Shown: positions 19,495 to 28,904 of the stretch, one piece after another
Numbering within the stretch: position 1 is the first letter of the stretch
Layout: every line of letters starts with the position of its first letter
Virus record (IMG/VR): IMGVR_UViG_3300029705_000074
Origin: a virus
DNA length: 64,000 nucleotides
Strand: one strand, 5' to 3'
Made by a program: the position numbers and the translations under genes
The notes under the pieces: generated by a model
The model's input: only the letters and a program-made list of their open reading frames with translations
What the model was told of the DNA's origin: nothing
The model's database searches: none

Positions 19495-19905
19495 TTATTC
19501 CTATTCGGCAAGCTTAAAAATCTTGTCACCATTTCTTACATACCCGCCCTCTAAGTATTCTGGGTTCACAAATATCTGCTCCGCCACCTCTCGTAGAATA
19601 GACGGATATGTACTATCTTCTATTGTACTATCATGTACTATTGTATTATTTCTCTATGCTTTTTCAGACTAACTTGTCTGGTTTTCAGATAATGTTGTCG
19701 GTTTTTCAGACATTTCTGCCACTCCGATCGTCGGCTTTTCAGATTTTCCGCTTTCCGCAACAATCGGTTTTTCAGATTGAATCTGGTTTTCAGACAAAAT
19801 GCCTGTTGTCGGTTTTTCAGACAAAATTGTCTGAAATTCAGACTCCCCGGCCATCCGAGGATTTTCGTAGAATACTAAAATATTGCTACCCTCGCTCACT
19901 GGCAC
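19495..19905 (-). CDS. SEKPT-repeat protein (three in-frame TAG), low confidence
   Basis: Supplied ORF 19669-19905 continues through TAG 19669-19671 to TAA 19495-19497. The SEKPx repeats are the translation of the GGTTTTTCAGA DNA repeat, so coding status is uncertain. Confidence 0.3.
19655..19845. repeat. array of 8 direct repeats GG(T/C)TTTTCAGA(C/T), spaced 20-33 bp
   Basis: Copies at about 19659, 19680, 19700, 19733, 19766, 19785, 19811 and 19833, plus inverted partial copies (GTCTG). The array overlaps a low-confidence minus-strand ORF. Confidence 0.6.
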
Positions 19906-19920
19906 TAAATAGCCCAGTTC

Positions 19921-20169
19921 CTACATCTTCTTCTTTGCGCTCTGGTAAGCGTCTTTCTTCAAGCCCCAATCTGCCAAAACTTTTTGGCTTAACTCAAACT
20001 GAAATCCGTCTTGATTTTTATTGCAATACAACCAAAGTTTCAAAGACTCGCCCTTGAGATTACGCATAGCCTCTTGCAAGCTATCTAAATGCATCAATGC
20101 ATAAGTATTATTTTTATTAAAGGGTCTTCTAGGAGCTATCTTTACGATATACTGATTACTTGCTGACAT
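19921..20169 (-). CDS. hypothetical protein
   Basis: ATG after GGGGGTAGGA; 82 aa; stop TGA. Confidence 0.5.
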   Translation of the reverse strand: MSASNQYIVKIAPRRPFNKNNTYALMHLDSLQEAMRNLKGESLKLWLYCNKNQDGFQFELSQKVLADWGLKKDAYQSAKKKM

Positions 20170-20338
20170 AATCCTACCCCCCTAGAATTATATCCAAGTC
20201 TCTCTAAAACTTCTCTGTAACCTCAAAAATCCAGCAACTAAATTGCGGGAACTTGGGGTTTGGCATCGTAGAGATAGGTATATTTCCCTTCTCAACAAGC
20301 TATTCCATTACCTTAAGGGAGTAAATAATTTTGTTCAT
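20156..20338 (-). CDS. small hypothetical protein (60 aa, three in-frame TAG)
   Basis: ATG 20338 after GGAGG; open through TAGs to TAA 20156. Confidence 0.3.
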
Positions 20339-20354
20339 TTGCTAATTTGCCTCC

Positions 20355-20498
20355 TTACTCCTAGGTCTTAATATATTCTTTCAGAGCCTTTCTAATAACC
20401 TAAGACATGGTTAAATCATGCTCTTGAGCAAACTGCTCCAACTCTTTCTTTTCTTCTTCGGTGAGTCTAACCGATACAGTAGAATACTCTTTAGCCAC
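20355..20498 (-). CDS. ribbon-helix-helix (CopG/Arc-like) protein, 47 aa with two in-frame TAG
   Basis: GTG after AGGAGG. Reading through TAG restores the RHH C-terminus VIRKALKEYI, ending at TAA. Confidence 0.45.
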
Positions 20499-20744
20499 GA
20501 ATATTCCTCCTTTCATTATAATATACAAAATGCGATAGATACTTTAACCTGCGTTGTCCTAAAAATTTTTATCATTTATAGATAAATAATACTACATTAC
20601 ATCTCTTATGTCAACCTGCGGACTGGGAATTTTATTGGCATTTATTTTCCCATCTCGCACCTAATAGCAACCTCTTTATTTTTATAAATATATATATTAT
20701 AATATAAATACAAGGTAAGAAAACACCACAAAACATGAAAGAGG

Positions 20745-20936
20745 GTGAACAAGATAGACCCCTACACCATAGTCCTCAAGGTGAACGGATTTTCCGGCGC
20801 CGCAGTTAATGATTTCCTTTGCCGACAACTTATGAGTGAGATTGGCAACGTGGATATCCTGACCTGGAGTGTATACAATGAAGATGATGAAGAAGTTTCT
20901 GACGAGGGTCCTCTCAACGACTATTCTCACTGCTAA
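20745..20936 (+). CDS. hypothetical protein (start uncertain)
   Basis: First ORF after the family-B promoter at about 20690. GTG start has a poor SD; a 24-aa ATG ORF at 20735 in another frame is the alternative. Confidence 0.3.
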   Translation: MNKIDPYTIVLKVNGFSGAAVNDFLCRQLMSEIGNVDILTWSVYNEDDEEVSDEGPLNDYSHC

Positions 20937-20961
20937 AGATTATGAAAGGAAGTTATGTAGC

Positions 20962-21558
20962 ATGAACTTCAAGATTGGTGAAACCTTTAAGATTAAGGAT
21001 GTTGAACTCCTCACTCTCGATATCATCGACGGCAATCCTTTTGTCATCGCTCTTGATACCGGCATTGAGAGTAAGTTCGCAGAAGACAGCAACAACTACG
21101 ATGGCTCCACTCTGGAGGATGTTGTGGACGAGTGGTTCGAAGAGCTTGGTGTACCTGCCTTCTCTCGTGTACTCGACCTCACCACTATGGATGGCAGCAA
21201 GTGCTATGGCGCCCTTGAAGTTGAGGCTGCTCCTCTGACTTTCGACGAGTTCCGCAAGTATGCAGAAATTATCATTCCCAACATCAAACACTGGTTCTGG
21301 CTGGCTACCGGCTGGGCCGACCCTAAGTGGAAGAATTGGGGCTCGACCTACGTGTGCTTTGTCTACACTGGTGGTGGTGCGAGCTCCAACTCCTACAACA
21401 CCGCGACCGGCCGCGTGGCCCCGGCTTTTATTCTCGATAAGAAGTTCTTCGAGAACATCCAGCCTCATTACGGCAATAAACCTGACCCTCAGATGCTGGC
21501 TGGCTTCACTACTGATGAACTGCTTGCAGAGGTGTCCAGACGTGTAAAGGGGGCTTAA
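20962..21558 (+). CDS. hypothetical protein
   Basis: ATG after AAAGGAAG; the supplied ORF 20869-21558 was trimmed; followed by strong terminator 21561-21592. Confidence 0.5.
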   Translation: MNFKIGETFKIKDVELLTLDIIDGNPFVIALDTGIESKFAEDSNNYDGSTLEDVVDEWFEELGVPAFSRVLDLTTMDGSKCYGALEVEAAPLTFDEFRKYAEIIIPNIKHWFWLATGWADPKWKNWGSTYVCFVYTGGGASSNSYNTATGRVAPAFILDKKFFENIQPHYGNKPDPQMLAGFTTDELLAEVSRRVKGA

Positions 21559-21560
21559 TA

Positions 21561-21592
21561 AAAGAACTCCGCATTAGCGGAGTTCTTTTTTT
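21561..21592 (+). terminator. rho-independent terminator
   Basis: AAAAGAACTCCGCATTAGCGGAGTTCTTTTTTT. Confidence 0.65.
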
Positions 21593-21661
21593 AGTATCAA
21601 AAGTGATTAAGTGACTTAGTGTAAAAGTTATATATAATAGAAGAACAATAGGAGGGAATTA

Positions 21662-22543
21662 TATGCCTAAGAAAATAGATTTAACAGGTCAAACTTTTGG
21701 TCGCTTAACAGTCCTATATGAGCTACCAGAAAGAAAGAATGGGAAAGTGTAGTGGCACTGTAAATGTGAGTGTGGTAACGAAAAAGACGTGATATCTACA
21801 CAGCTTACTGGTGGGCGCACTTAGTCTTGTGGATGCCTACAAAAAGAAAGAACTTCAGAGGCTAACTCTAAAGGTATAGATTTAACAGGATAGACCTTTG
21901 GGCGTTTAACCGTATTGCATCGCAGTCCAAATAGTGCTAAATGGGTATGTTAGTGTGAATGCGGTAATAAAACAGAAGTAACGACCACCCACCTAAAAAC
22001 GGGCCACTCTAAATCTTGTGGTTGTTTATAGAAAGATAAAGCCTCGGAGACTCGTGGTATTAATCTAACCGGCAAGCGGTTTGGTATGTTAACCGTATAG
22101 GGATTAAACCTAGAAAAATCAACTACTCAAGTAAAATATTGGAATTGTTTGTGCGATTGCGGCAATTCTACAGTTGTGCCTACAGGCGCATTGCGCTCTG
22201 GCTCAACACAAACTTGTGGTTGCAAGAAAATGTCTCATGGAGAGATTAAAATAGCACAACTATTAGATGAGTATAATATACCATATGAAAGAGAAAAAAT
22301 CTTTAACTCGTGCATTAACCCAACTACAAATCGCCCTTTACGCTTTGACTTTTATGTAAACAATCAGTATTTAATCGAGTTTGATGGTAAGCAACATTTT
22401 GAACAAACGAACTGGGAACCACTAAGCGATGTGCAATATAGGGATGAATTGAAAAACAAGTGGTGCAAGGAAAATAATATACCCCTAATTAGGATACCCT
22501 ATACAAAACTAAATGTTCTTGACATCAACGATCTTCTACCTTA
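21662..22543 (+). CDS. homing-endonuclease-like protein: three zinc-finger repeats plus C-terminal DUF559/Vsr-like nuclease domain; six in-frame TAG
   Basis: ATG after GGAGGGAA. Repeat unit LTGxxFGRLTV...WxCxCxCGN...SCGC occurs three times. All six internal stops are TAG and several align with Q in sister repeats; C-terminus RPLRFDFYV...IEFDGKQHF. Confidence 0.55.
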
Positions 22544-22738
22544 ATCAGAAGCCCTCTGTATCTTAATACAGAGGGCTTCTTTTCTTTTGCAAAAAATTAA
22601 AAATTATGATATTATGTATATAGAAAGCAAGAGGATAGGCAACTTCTACCCTCACGATATTCGTGTGGGACGATTTTACGGAAGCGAGGCCATTTCTTCC
22701 GAAACCACCCATTTATTTTTAGAAAGGGAGTATTTAGG

Positions 22739-22954
22739 ATGAAGACGGTTGATATTTATATCTCTATTCGCAACCATTCCCATCATACGACGTTCAAATC
22801 GGACTGTCCAGAATATGCAATCGCCGACGAAGCCTACCGTTTGGCACTTTTGTTTGCGGAAACCTGTGTCCTGGCGGAGTATGGTCATGCCCTATCTGGC
22901 TATGAGTTTGGTCTGTTTCTGAGGGATATGGACTACAGCTACACCATTTCTTAA
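22739..22954 (+). CDS. hypothetical protein
   Basis: Family-B promoter at 22587; SD AGGGAG; stop TAA. Confidence 0.45.
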   Translation: MKTVDIYISIRNHSHHTTFKSDCPEYAIADEAYRLALLFAETCVLAEYGHALSGYEFGLFLRDMDYSYTIS

Positions 22955-22967
22955 GGAGGTAAGAAGA

Positions 22968-23276
22968 ATGGCATGGTTTAAGATTTATGCCGGTTCGTGC
23001 AACAGCGCCACTTATATTCGTACCGCGGAGTTCGCTGACGAAGAAGAAGCAATGCAGGCTGCTTTTGAGGAAGCTGTTGAAGACTACAAGTCTTACGAAG
23101 GATATCATGGCTTGCTCGACAGAGAAGAGTGCCGCGAGGATTTGATTGAATCTTTCGGTGAAGAGCCTACCGAAGAAGAGGTTGATGAACGCTATCAAGA
23201 GGAAATCGAGTCGTGGATTGAATACTATGTGCGGCCGGCCACCTCTGAGCATGACACTGATGACGAGGAAGCATGA
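22968..23276 (+). CDS. hypothetical acidic protein
   Basis: SD AAGGAGG; stop TGA. Confidence 0.5.
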   Translation: MAWFKIYAGSCNSATYIRTAEFADEEEAMQAAFEEAVEDYKSYEGYHGLLDREECREDLIESFGEEPTEEEVDERYQEEIESWIEYYVRPATSEHDTDDEEA

Positions 23277-23359
23277 TTTAACACGCTTTCCGCAGTTCTT
23301 GCAACACCTATAAATATATGTTATTATATTTATAGAAAGTGAGAAAGGAGTAATTCATT

Positions 23360-23620
23360 GTGAGTCGTCAACTCTCCGCCAAAGATAAGGCGTTCCTCGC
23401 TGAAAAGCAAAAGCTACAAAAGACGATTTCGTCTCTCGAAGTTACCCTTGCAACCCAAAAAGCCGCCAGTGACAAGGCAATCAAAGAGCTGATGGAAGAA
23501 ATTAAGCAGTTGCAAACTGTAATTGCGGGATTCGAGGCTCATAGCCACCTGTCGGCAAGCGAGATGGCAGCTCATGTTGAGCGTGAACAAAAGGGGCTCA
23601 AGCCCTCGACAAGCTATTGA
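23360..23620 (+). CDS. hypothetical coiled-coil protein
   Basis: GTG after AAAGGAG; promoter at about 23296. Confidence 0.45.
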   Translation: MSRQLSAKDKAFLAEKQKLQKTISSLEVTLATQKAASDKAIKELMEEIKQLQTVIAGFEAHSHLSASEMAAHVEREQKGLKPSTSY

Positions 23621-23654
23621 GTCTACCTAACGCATTGTATGGAGGTATGTTCTG

Positions 23655-23909
23655 ATGTGTCATTCTAATCATTGCCGTTTTGACCTGTGGGCACCTGAAC
23701 AGCGTACCAAGATTCACAACACGGCTTTCTCTCAATATACCAACTCTTTCAACCTTGCGGCAATGGAGCTGGCTCGCCACCCCGAATCTCAGTATGACGA
23801 GGATTTACAGGAAGCTATCTGCCGCAGATATGGCATTTTCCTTGACAGTATCACCAATGATGAGGCAGAGCATCTCTCTCGCCTTGTGGAAGAATATGCA
23901 AATGCTTAA
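23655..23909 (+). CDS. hypothetical protein
   Basis: SD GGAGGT + ATG; stop TAA. Confidence 0.5.
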   Translation: MCHSNHCRFDLWAPEQRTKIHNTAFSQYTNSFNLAAMELARHPESQYDEDLQEAICRRYGIFLDSITNDEAEHLSRLVEEYANA

Positions 23910-23923
23910 AGGAGGTCACTGAT

Positions 23924-24400
23924 ATGCCCTTAGCACCTAGTTTCGCAGAGTTCGAGCGCCTGAGTGAACCGTTCTATGAGAACGGCAAATACTACATGAA
24001 CGTTCGTAATCCCAAGACTGGGACCGAGCGTAAGGTTCGCTGGTACACCGATGCAGAGTATGCCAAGAATTATGGCAAGAAGCTGTCCACCGATGACGGT
24101 TTCGACGGCTTGAAGCACGCTCGTGGCTTTGATAACGGCCCCATTCTCGTTATCCGCGGCAATCGTGCAGATGATGAAGAGTGGCTGCGCGCTTCTATCG
24201 CCAGATATGCTGTGGGAATTGGCTGGTACATCGTATCTACCGACACTCTGCCGGAGGATGCTCCCAAGCATTTCAAGTATCTGCTTCTCGGTTGGCAGGA
24301 AGCTATCATCGACGAGCGTCATATGAAGAAGCCCAACGATCTCAACGCTCTTCTCGCCGAGAAAGCTCGTAAAAGAGAGTGGGTAAATTTTAACTCTTAA
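23924..24400 (+). CDS. hypothetical protein
   Basis: SD AAAGGAGG + ATG. Confidence 0.5.
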   Translation: MPLAPSFAEFERLSEPFYENGKYYMNVRNPKTGTERKVRWYTDAEYAKNYGKKLSTDDGFDGLKHARGFDNGPILVIRGNRADDEEWLRASIARYAVGIGWYIVSTDTLPEDAPKHFKYLLLGWQEAIIDERHMKKPNDLNALLAEKARKREWVNFNS

Positions 24401-24440
24401 TCCAGTCGCCAAATCTTTACCGCTGGCTTGAGGCCGAAGT

Positions 24441-24470
24441 TTGCAAAACCATGAAAAATATTGTATAATA
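24441..24470 (+). promoter_or_regulatory. family-B promoter (TTGCAAAACC...TGTATAAT)
   Basis: Member of the conserved roughly 45-nt promoter family. Confidence 0.5.
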
Positions 24471-24578
24471 TCTTTAGAAGCTAAGGAAAGAATTTCCTTG
24501 AACCACTGCCGGAAAGTTCTTGACGCAAGCTGAAATCATCAATACAATATGTAAATAAAAGAAAGGTAGGTCATCACA

Positions 24579-25019
24579 ATGACTAACACTGCTAAGAAAA
24601 TCACCAAGAAGACTCACTACAACGTTATCTCCGCTATCCTGGACTACGCCGAGAACCAGGGCGCTGCTATCGACGCCGAGGGCGTTACCTACGATTCCAT
24701 CCGCGAGTTTATCGCTCACGAAGTTGAGCTGCTGGACAACAAGGCTGCTGCTGCTGCCAAGCGTGCTGCTGACAAGCGCCAGGCTGGCGACGAGCTGCGC
24801 GAGAAGGTTTTCTCTGTCCTGAGCACCGACGAATTCATGACCATCAACCAGATTGTCAACGCCCTGGGCGACCCCGACATCTCTGCTCAGATGGTAACTG
24901 CTCGTCTGACCCAGCTGGCTTCTCCCGAGGTTGCTCGCGTTGAGAAGAGCTCTGTGACCGTTTCTGCTACCACTGAGGGCGGCAAGAGCCGTAAGGTGAG
25001 CGCATACCGCGCCATCTAA
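24579..25019 (+). CDS. hypothetical basic/Ala-rich protein, likely abundant
   Basis: Promoter TTGCAA 24441 / TGTATAAT; GC3-rich codon usage; followed by strong terminator 25037-25068. Confidence 0.55.
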   Translation: MTNTAKKITKKTHYNVISAILDYAENQGAAIDAEGVTYDSIREFIAHEVELLDNKAAAAAKRAADKRQAGDELREKVFSVLSTDEFMTINQIVNALGDPDISAQMVTARLTQLASPEVARVEKSSVTVSATTEGGKSRKVSAYRAI

Positions 25020-25036
25020 TAAATCCTCCCACTTCA

Positions 25037-25068
25037 AGGGCTTGGTCACAATGACCAAGCCCTTTTTC
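25037..25068 (+). terminator. rho-independent terminator
   Basis: GGGCTTGGTCACAATGACCAAGCCCTTTTTC. Confidence 0.65.
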
Positions 25069-25272
25069 TATGAAGAAAATAACAAGAGGAATAAATCCAC
25101 TGGCAATCAAAATATAAAATACATCTAGCATGGCTATTACTCCTTTTCTTTGTCTTATAAGTACATTATAGCAAATTTAATTAAAACTGTCAAACTGGGA
25201 ATTTTAATCCTTGACTTGTCATTGCTAAAGAGATATGCTATAATATAGTTATAAAATAAAGGAGTTGAGAAA

Positions 25273-26037
25273 ATGTTACTGAGCGTAAATAGCCAATCAC
25301 CATATAAAACTGCGGCCGGGGAGGTACGATGCGCCTCAAACCAACTTGGTACAATCTTTGACTTTGTTAAGAACAACCCTAACAAGAGATACAATGTACT
25401 GTTAAGGGAAGAAGAAGAAATTGGTAAAGCAATAGAGCAGATTGAGTTTATCAAAGCTGTGGCAGAAGATTATACCATTGAGTGCGGAAACATTACTTCC
25501 TTAAAGGCGCTTCTTGAGCTTGGATATAATGCCTATCTCCGCTTTCCTGTTTCCGATTGGGAGACATATCAAAGCCTGCGGGAACTCAAGGTTAGTGACA
25601 TCTATGTTGATGGAGCTTTGGGTTTTAGTGTAGACCTGCTCACTAAATCAAAAGAGAATATCAAGTTGAGAAGCACCCCTACTATCAGTCCTAACGCAAG
25701 CTTAAGCGCGCCCGCCGCGAACCATTTCTTTATCCGCCCCGAGGATATTGATAAATACGCATCTGCTATTGACGTGCTAGACCTGCGGCAGCCCACCCTT
25801 GAGAAGGAAAATGCCTTGTTCTCTGTCTACCAGAGAGGTACCTTCAATTTCGATATCGACAACCTCATTGAAAACGTTCCGGCTGGTATAAATAATGTGG
25901 CACTTGTTGATTTCGCAGAAAAGCGTTTGAATTGTGGGCAGCGTTGCAAGATTCCTGGCAATCATTGCAAGTGGTGCAACACACAATTTTATTTCGTAGA
26001 TAAAGCCACTAAATACGGGAAGTTAAGGACTAATTGA
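25273..26037 (+). CDS. hypothetical protein
   Basis: SD AAGGAG + ATG; 254 aa; stop TGA. Confidence 0.5.
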   Translation: MLLSVNSQSPYKTAAGEVRCASNQLGTIFDFVKNNPNKRYNVLLREEEEIGKAIEQIEFIKAVAEDYTIECGNITSLKALLELGYNAYLRFPVSDWETYQSLRELKVSDIYVDGALGFSVDLLTKSKENIKLRSTPTISPNASLSAPAANHFFIRPEDIDKYASAIDVLDLRQPTLEKENALFSVYQRGTFNFDIDNLIENVPAGINNVALVDFAEKRLNCGQRCKIPGNHCKWCNTQFYFVDKATKYGKLRTN

Positions 26038-26100
26038 TTTATATTTGTTTATATTGTATAATATAATTATAATATAGAAGAATGTAAAAGGAGTTTCTCT

Positions 26101-26820
26101 ATGAGTAAATGGTCAGAACTACTACCCCAAGAGGCTCTCAATCTCAGCGTGCAACTCGCTAACCATGCTCAAGAGGAGCGAGATAAGGGAAAAGTCCTAT
26201 TCCCTCCGCAGGATTAGATTTTCAGAGCATTGAACTTAACCAAGCCAGAAGATGTAAAAGTATGTCTGGTTGGACAAGACCCCTATCATACACCCGGCTA
26301 GGCCAACGGACTCGCATTCTCGGTCGCCGCAGGAAATAAACTTCAGCCCTCTCTGGTAAACATCTTCAAAGAGTTAGAGGATGACTTAGGCATCCCGAAA
26401 CCCGCCAATGGAGATTTGACCAAGTGGGCTGAAAATGGCGTCCTGTTGCTGAATACTAGCTTGACCGTATATGAGCATCAAGCAAACAGTTGCGTTGGCT
26501 GGGGATGGAATAAATTTACAAAAGCAGTATTACAGGCTGCTACAAAGCTACCTCAACCTGTTGTTTTCTTGCTGTGGGGTGCAAACGCGCAGGATTTGTT
26601 GAAAGATTTGATTTCATGCGCGGCAGTTTATGAAGATGGCGGACACGTTGTTAAGGAAAGCCTAATCAATAAGGCTTACGTTCTATCTTCACACCCAAGT
26701 CCCTTTAGCGCAACAAAACAGTGTAGAGGCACTCCTGCTTTCAGAGGAAGCAAACCTTTCTCTACGGCAAATAATCTATTAGTAAGTATGGGTGGTGAAG
26801 CTGTTGATTGGAGATTATAA
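26101..26820 (+). CDS. ung: uracil-DNA glycosylase (family 1) with two in-frame TAG codons
   Basis: PPQD, GQDPYH, LLLNTSLTV and HPSPFSA motifs. TAG 26296-26298 sits where E. coli UDG has Gln (GPGQAHG). The supplied ORF 26416-26820 is only the post-TAG fragment. Confidence 0.7.
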
Positions 26821-28135
26821 AGACCTTCAAGAGAGCATCGAAGAGATTATCGTGCGTTCTCAAGATTATCCTTTCGATGTAAATTGCACTGAACTAATGA
26901 ATAAATGGCAAGAAGCGAAAGCGCCATTTATCACTCTTTTTGGGGGTAGACTAATCGTTCGTAGTGAAACTCCAATCACGGTTACACTCTCCGAAGAGCA
27001 GCGTTCCCGCAGATTCAAAGAATTTCTTTCTGCTCTTGATGAAAATGACGTGTTGAATGAAGACCTAGAGAGTTTTCTCTATATCAACAAGGACGGTTTC
27101 TTTGATAATAAGGTTGTACTACCTTACCCATCTAAGCATATCAGTGCAGGCTCCAAAATCCTGCGTTCGTTTAAGCATTTTATCTCAGCCCCAGAGGTAA
27201 CAAGATGGGCACAGGATACCGCCTCGAGATACATCCAGGAGAACAAAATAGAAGGTTATTTATACCTATCTGTTGATCCCCGAGATTTCTTGACTCTCTC
27301 CGAAAACAATGCAAATTGGTCTTCTTGTCATTCACTCGATGGTGATTATCGAGCTGGCAATTTAAGTTACATGACAGATAGCTCCACAGTTATTGCTTAT
27401 CTTGCTAGTGAAAAACAAGAGAAGTTGAAGTGTCTGCCCATGGGAATGAAATGGAATAGTAAGAAGTGGAGAATGTTGGTACACACCGACTTGAAAAATT
27501 GTATCTATTATAATAGACAGTATCCATATGATTGCTCCACCTTGGTAGATGCAGTACACGAAATGATTGCGGCCATGCTGCCTGAAGTGACTTTTAGCGA
27601 GCCTAGAGATTTTGGCTACAAGATTGTCAGCTTCCCTACCGCAGGGCAGACAATGCTAAATTACAATCAAATCAACGCTGGTGGTCGTTCTTTTGATATG
27701 CGAGATGTCATAGATGCCAGCGATTATCGAGGTTATTGTGACCTCATATCTTCAAGTACTTACACCCCAATCATAGCTGTAAATCAGCCGCTTCTTGATG
27801 AACATAGTGATATCTATGCCACAAATGCTAGCTCGCTGTTTGAAGAGTTGCAATCATTTAGGAACATCTTTGGCCTTAAGGTAGGAGGCACAGTTCCATG
27901 CCCCTGTTGTGGCGAGAATACAATCAAGAGAGAAGATTCGCTGCTATGTGAAGAGTGCATAGCAGTACATGACGCGGATGAAGACTTTTTCTTGACTTGT
28001 GATAGTTGTTATCATAGAATATATGAAGAAGATGAAATTATGTTTGTCAATGGCATCCCGTATTGCAAGAGCTGCTATGAAGCAATGTTACGCGAGGATG
28101 AAATAACTTTAGAGGAGGACGAAGACATTGGCTAA
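26792..28135 (+). CDS. hypothetical protein with C-terminal Cys-rich (zinc-ribbon) region
   Basis: 447-aa ORF; start (GTG 26792 or TTG 26804) overlaps the ung end; CPCCGEN...CEEC...CDSC...CKSC. Confidence 0.45.
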   Translation: MVKLLIGDYKDLQESIEEIIVRSQDYPFDVNCTELMNKWQEAKAPFITLFGGRLIVRSETPITVTLSEEQRSRRFKEFLSALDENDVLNEDLESFLYINKDGFFDNKVVLPYPSKHISAGSKILRSFKHFISAPEVTRWAQDTASRYIQENKIEGYLYLSVDPRDFLTLSENNANWSSCHSLDGDYRAGNLSYMTDSSTVIAYLASEKQEKLKCLPMGMKWNSKKWRMLVHTDLKNCIYYNRQYPYDCSTLVDAVHEMIAAMLPEVTFSEPRDFGYKIVSFPTAGQTMLNYNQINAGGRSFDMRDVIDASDYRGYCDLISSSTYTPIIAVNQPLLDEHSDIYATNASSLFEELQSFRNIFGLKVGGTVPCPCCGENTIKREDSLLCEECIAVHDADEDFFLTCDSCYHRIYEEDEIMFVNGIPYCKSCYEAMLREDEITLEEDEDIG

Positions 28136-28424
28136 AAGAGGAGATACCGCACGCGAGGCGGTCAAGAATAAGATTATTGAAGCATTCGGAGAAGATTTCG
28201 TCGCTTTTGTTGACAAGAAAATCTACGTCCAGGCAAGTGATGGCGGGGAGATGATTCAGTTTGCTATCGCCATGACCATGCCCAAGAATCCCGTCGAAGC
28301 AGGAAACAATAGCAATGTGAGTGCGGCCGGCGGGTCTGTAGCGCCTGTAGCCACGCCTACTGAATTGTCCACCGAGGACAAGGAGAAGGTCGCCGGACTT
28401 ATGGCAAAACTTGGCCTTAACTAA
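28128..28424 (+). CDS. hypothetical protein
   Basis: ATG overlapping the previous stop. Confidence 0.5.
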   Translation: MAKRGDTAREAVKNKIIEAFGEDFVAFVDKKIYVQASDGGEMIQFAIAMTMPKNPVEAGNNSNVSAAGGSVAPVATPTELSTEDKEKVAGLMAKLGLN

Positions 28425-28508
28425 AAATTTTTGGTCAAGGTGCTTAAATAAGTCTTAAAGAATTTTCATAATAAGTACAACACCCTTTATCATAGGAGGC
28501 ATGATAGT

Positions 28509-28817
28509 GTGCGGAAACCACATTCAAGAGCATATAATCGTGATGTGAGTCGTCGCAAGGCGCTGCGCAAAAGACGCATCACCAAACAGTGGTATGGTTA
28601 CAACGATCCCGAATTTGAGTATTATAAGAATTTGCATCAGTACTCCAAGGGAAAGATCCATTGCTCCTGCCCCATGTGTTCTGCTAAAACCCGTAACAAG
28701 GGTAAACGCAGATATTTGGCCGGCAACTATTCTCCTTCTATTAACTATAAACATAGCGAACTGAAACGTCAGATTGCGATGGATATGAGTGAACAAGATT
28801 ACTACCTCTCTGCATAA
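28509..28817 (+). CDS. basic protein with CxxC zinc motif
   Basis: GTG after AGGAGGCATGATA; HCSCPMC motif. Confidence 0.45.
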   Translation: MRKPHSRAYNRDVSRRKALRKRRITKQWYGYNDPEFEYYKNLHQYSKGKIHCSCPMCSAKTRNKGKRRYLAGNYSPSINYKHSELKRQIAMDMSEQDYYLSA

Positions 28818-28838
28818 GAGGGGTAGTAATTTAATCTT

Positions 28839-28867
28839 TTTGCAAAAACTTAAAAATCATGGTATAA
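28839..28867 (+). promoter_or_regulatory. family-B promoter (TTGCAAAAACTTAAAAATCATGGTATAAT)
   Basis: Near-consensus copy followed by ATATATACAAGGTAAGAAAAG. Confidence 0.5.
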
Positions 28868-28904
28868 TATATATACAAGGTAAGAAAAGAAGGGAAGTTT
28901 GAGC

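Noticed and set aside
19655-19845. CRISPR array
   Set aside because: The repeat unit is only 11 nt with irregular 20-33 bp spacing and no conserved longer repeat or leader, so it is not CRISPR-like. Reported instead as an iteron-like array.
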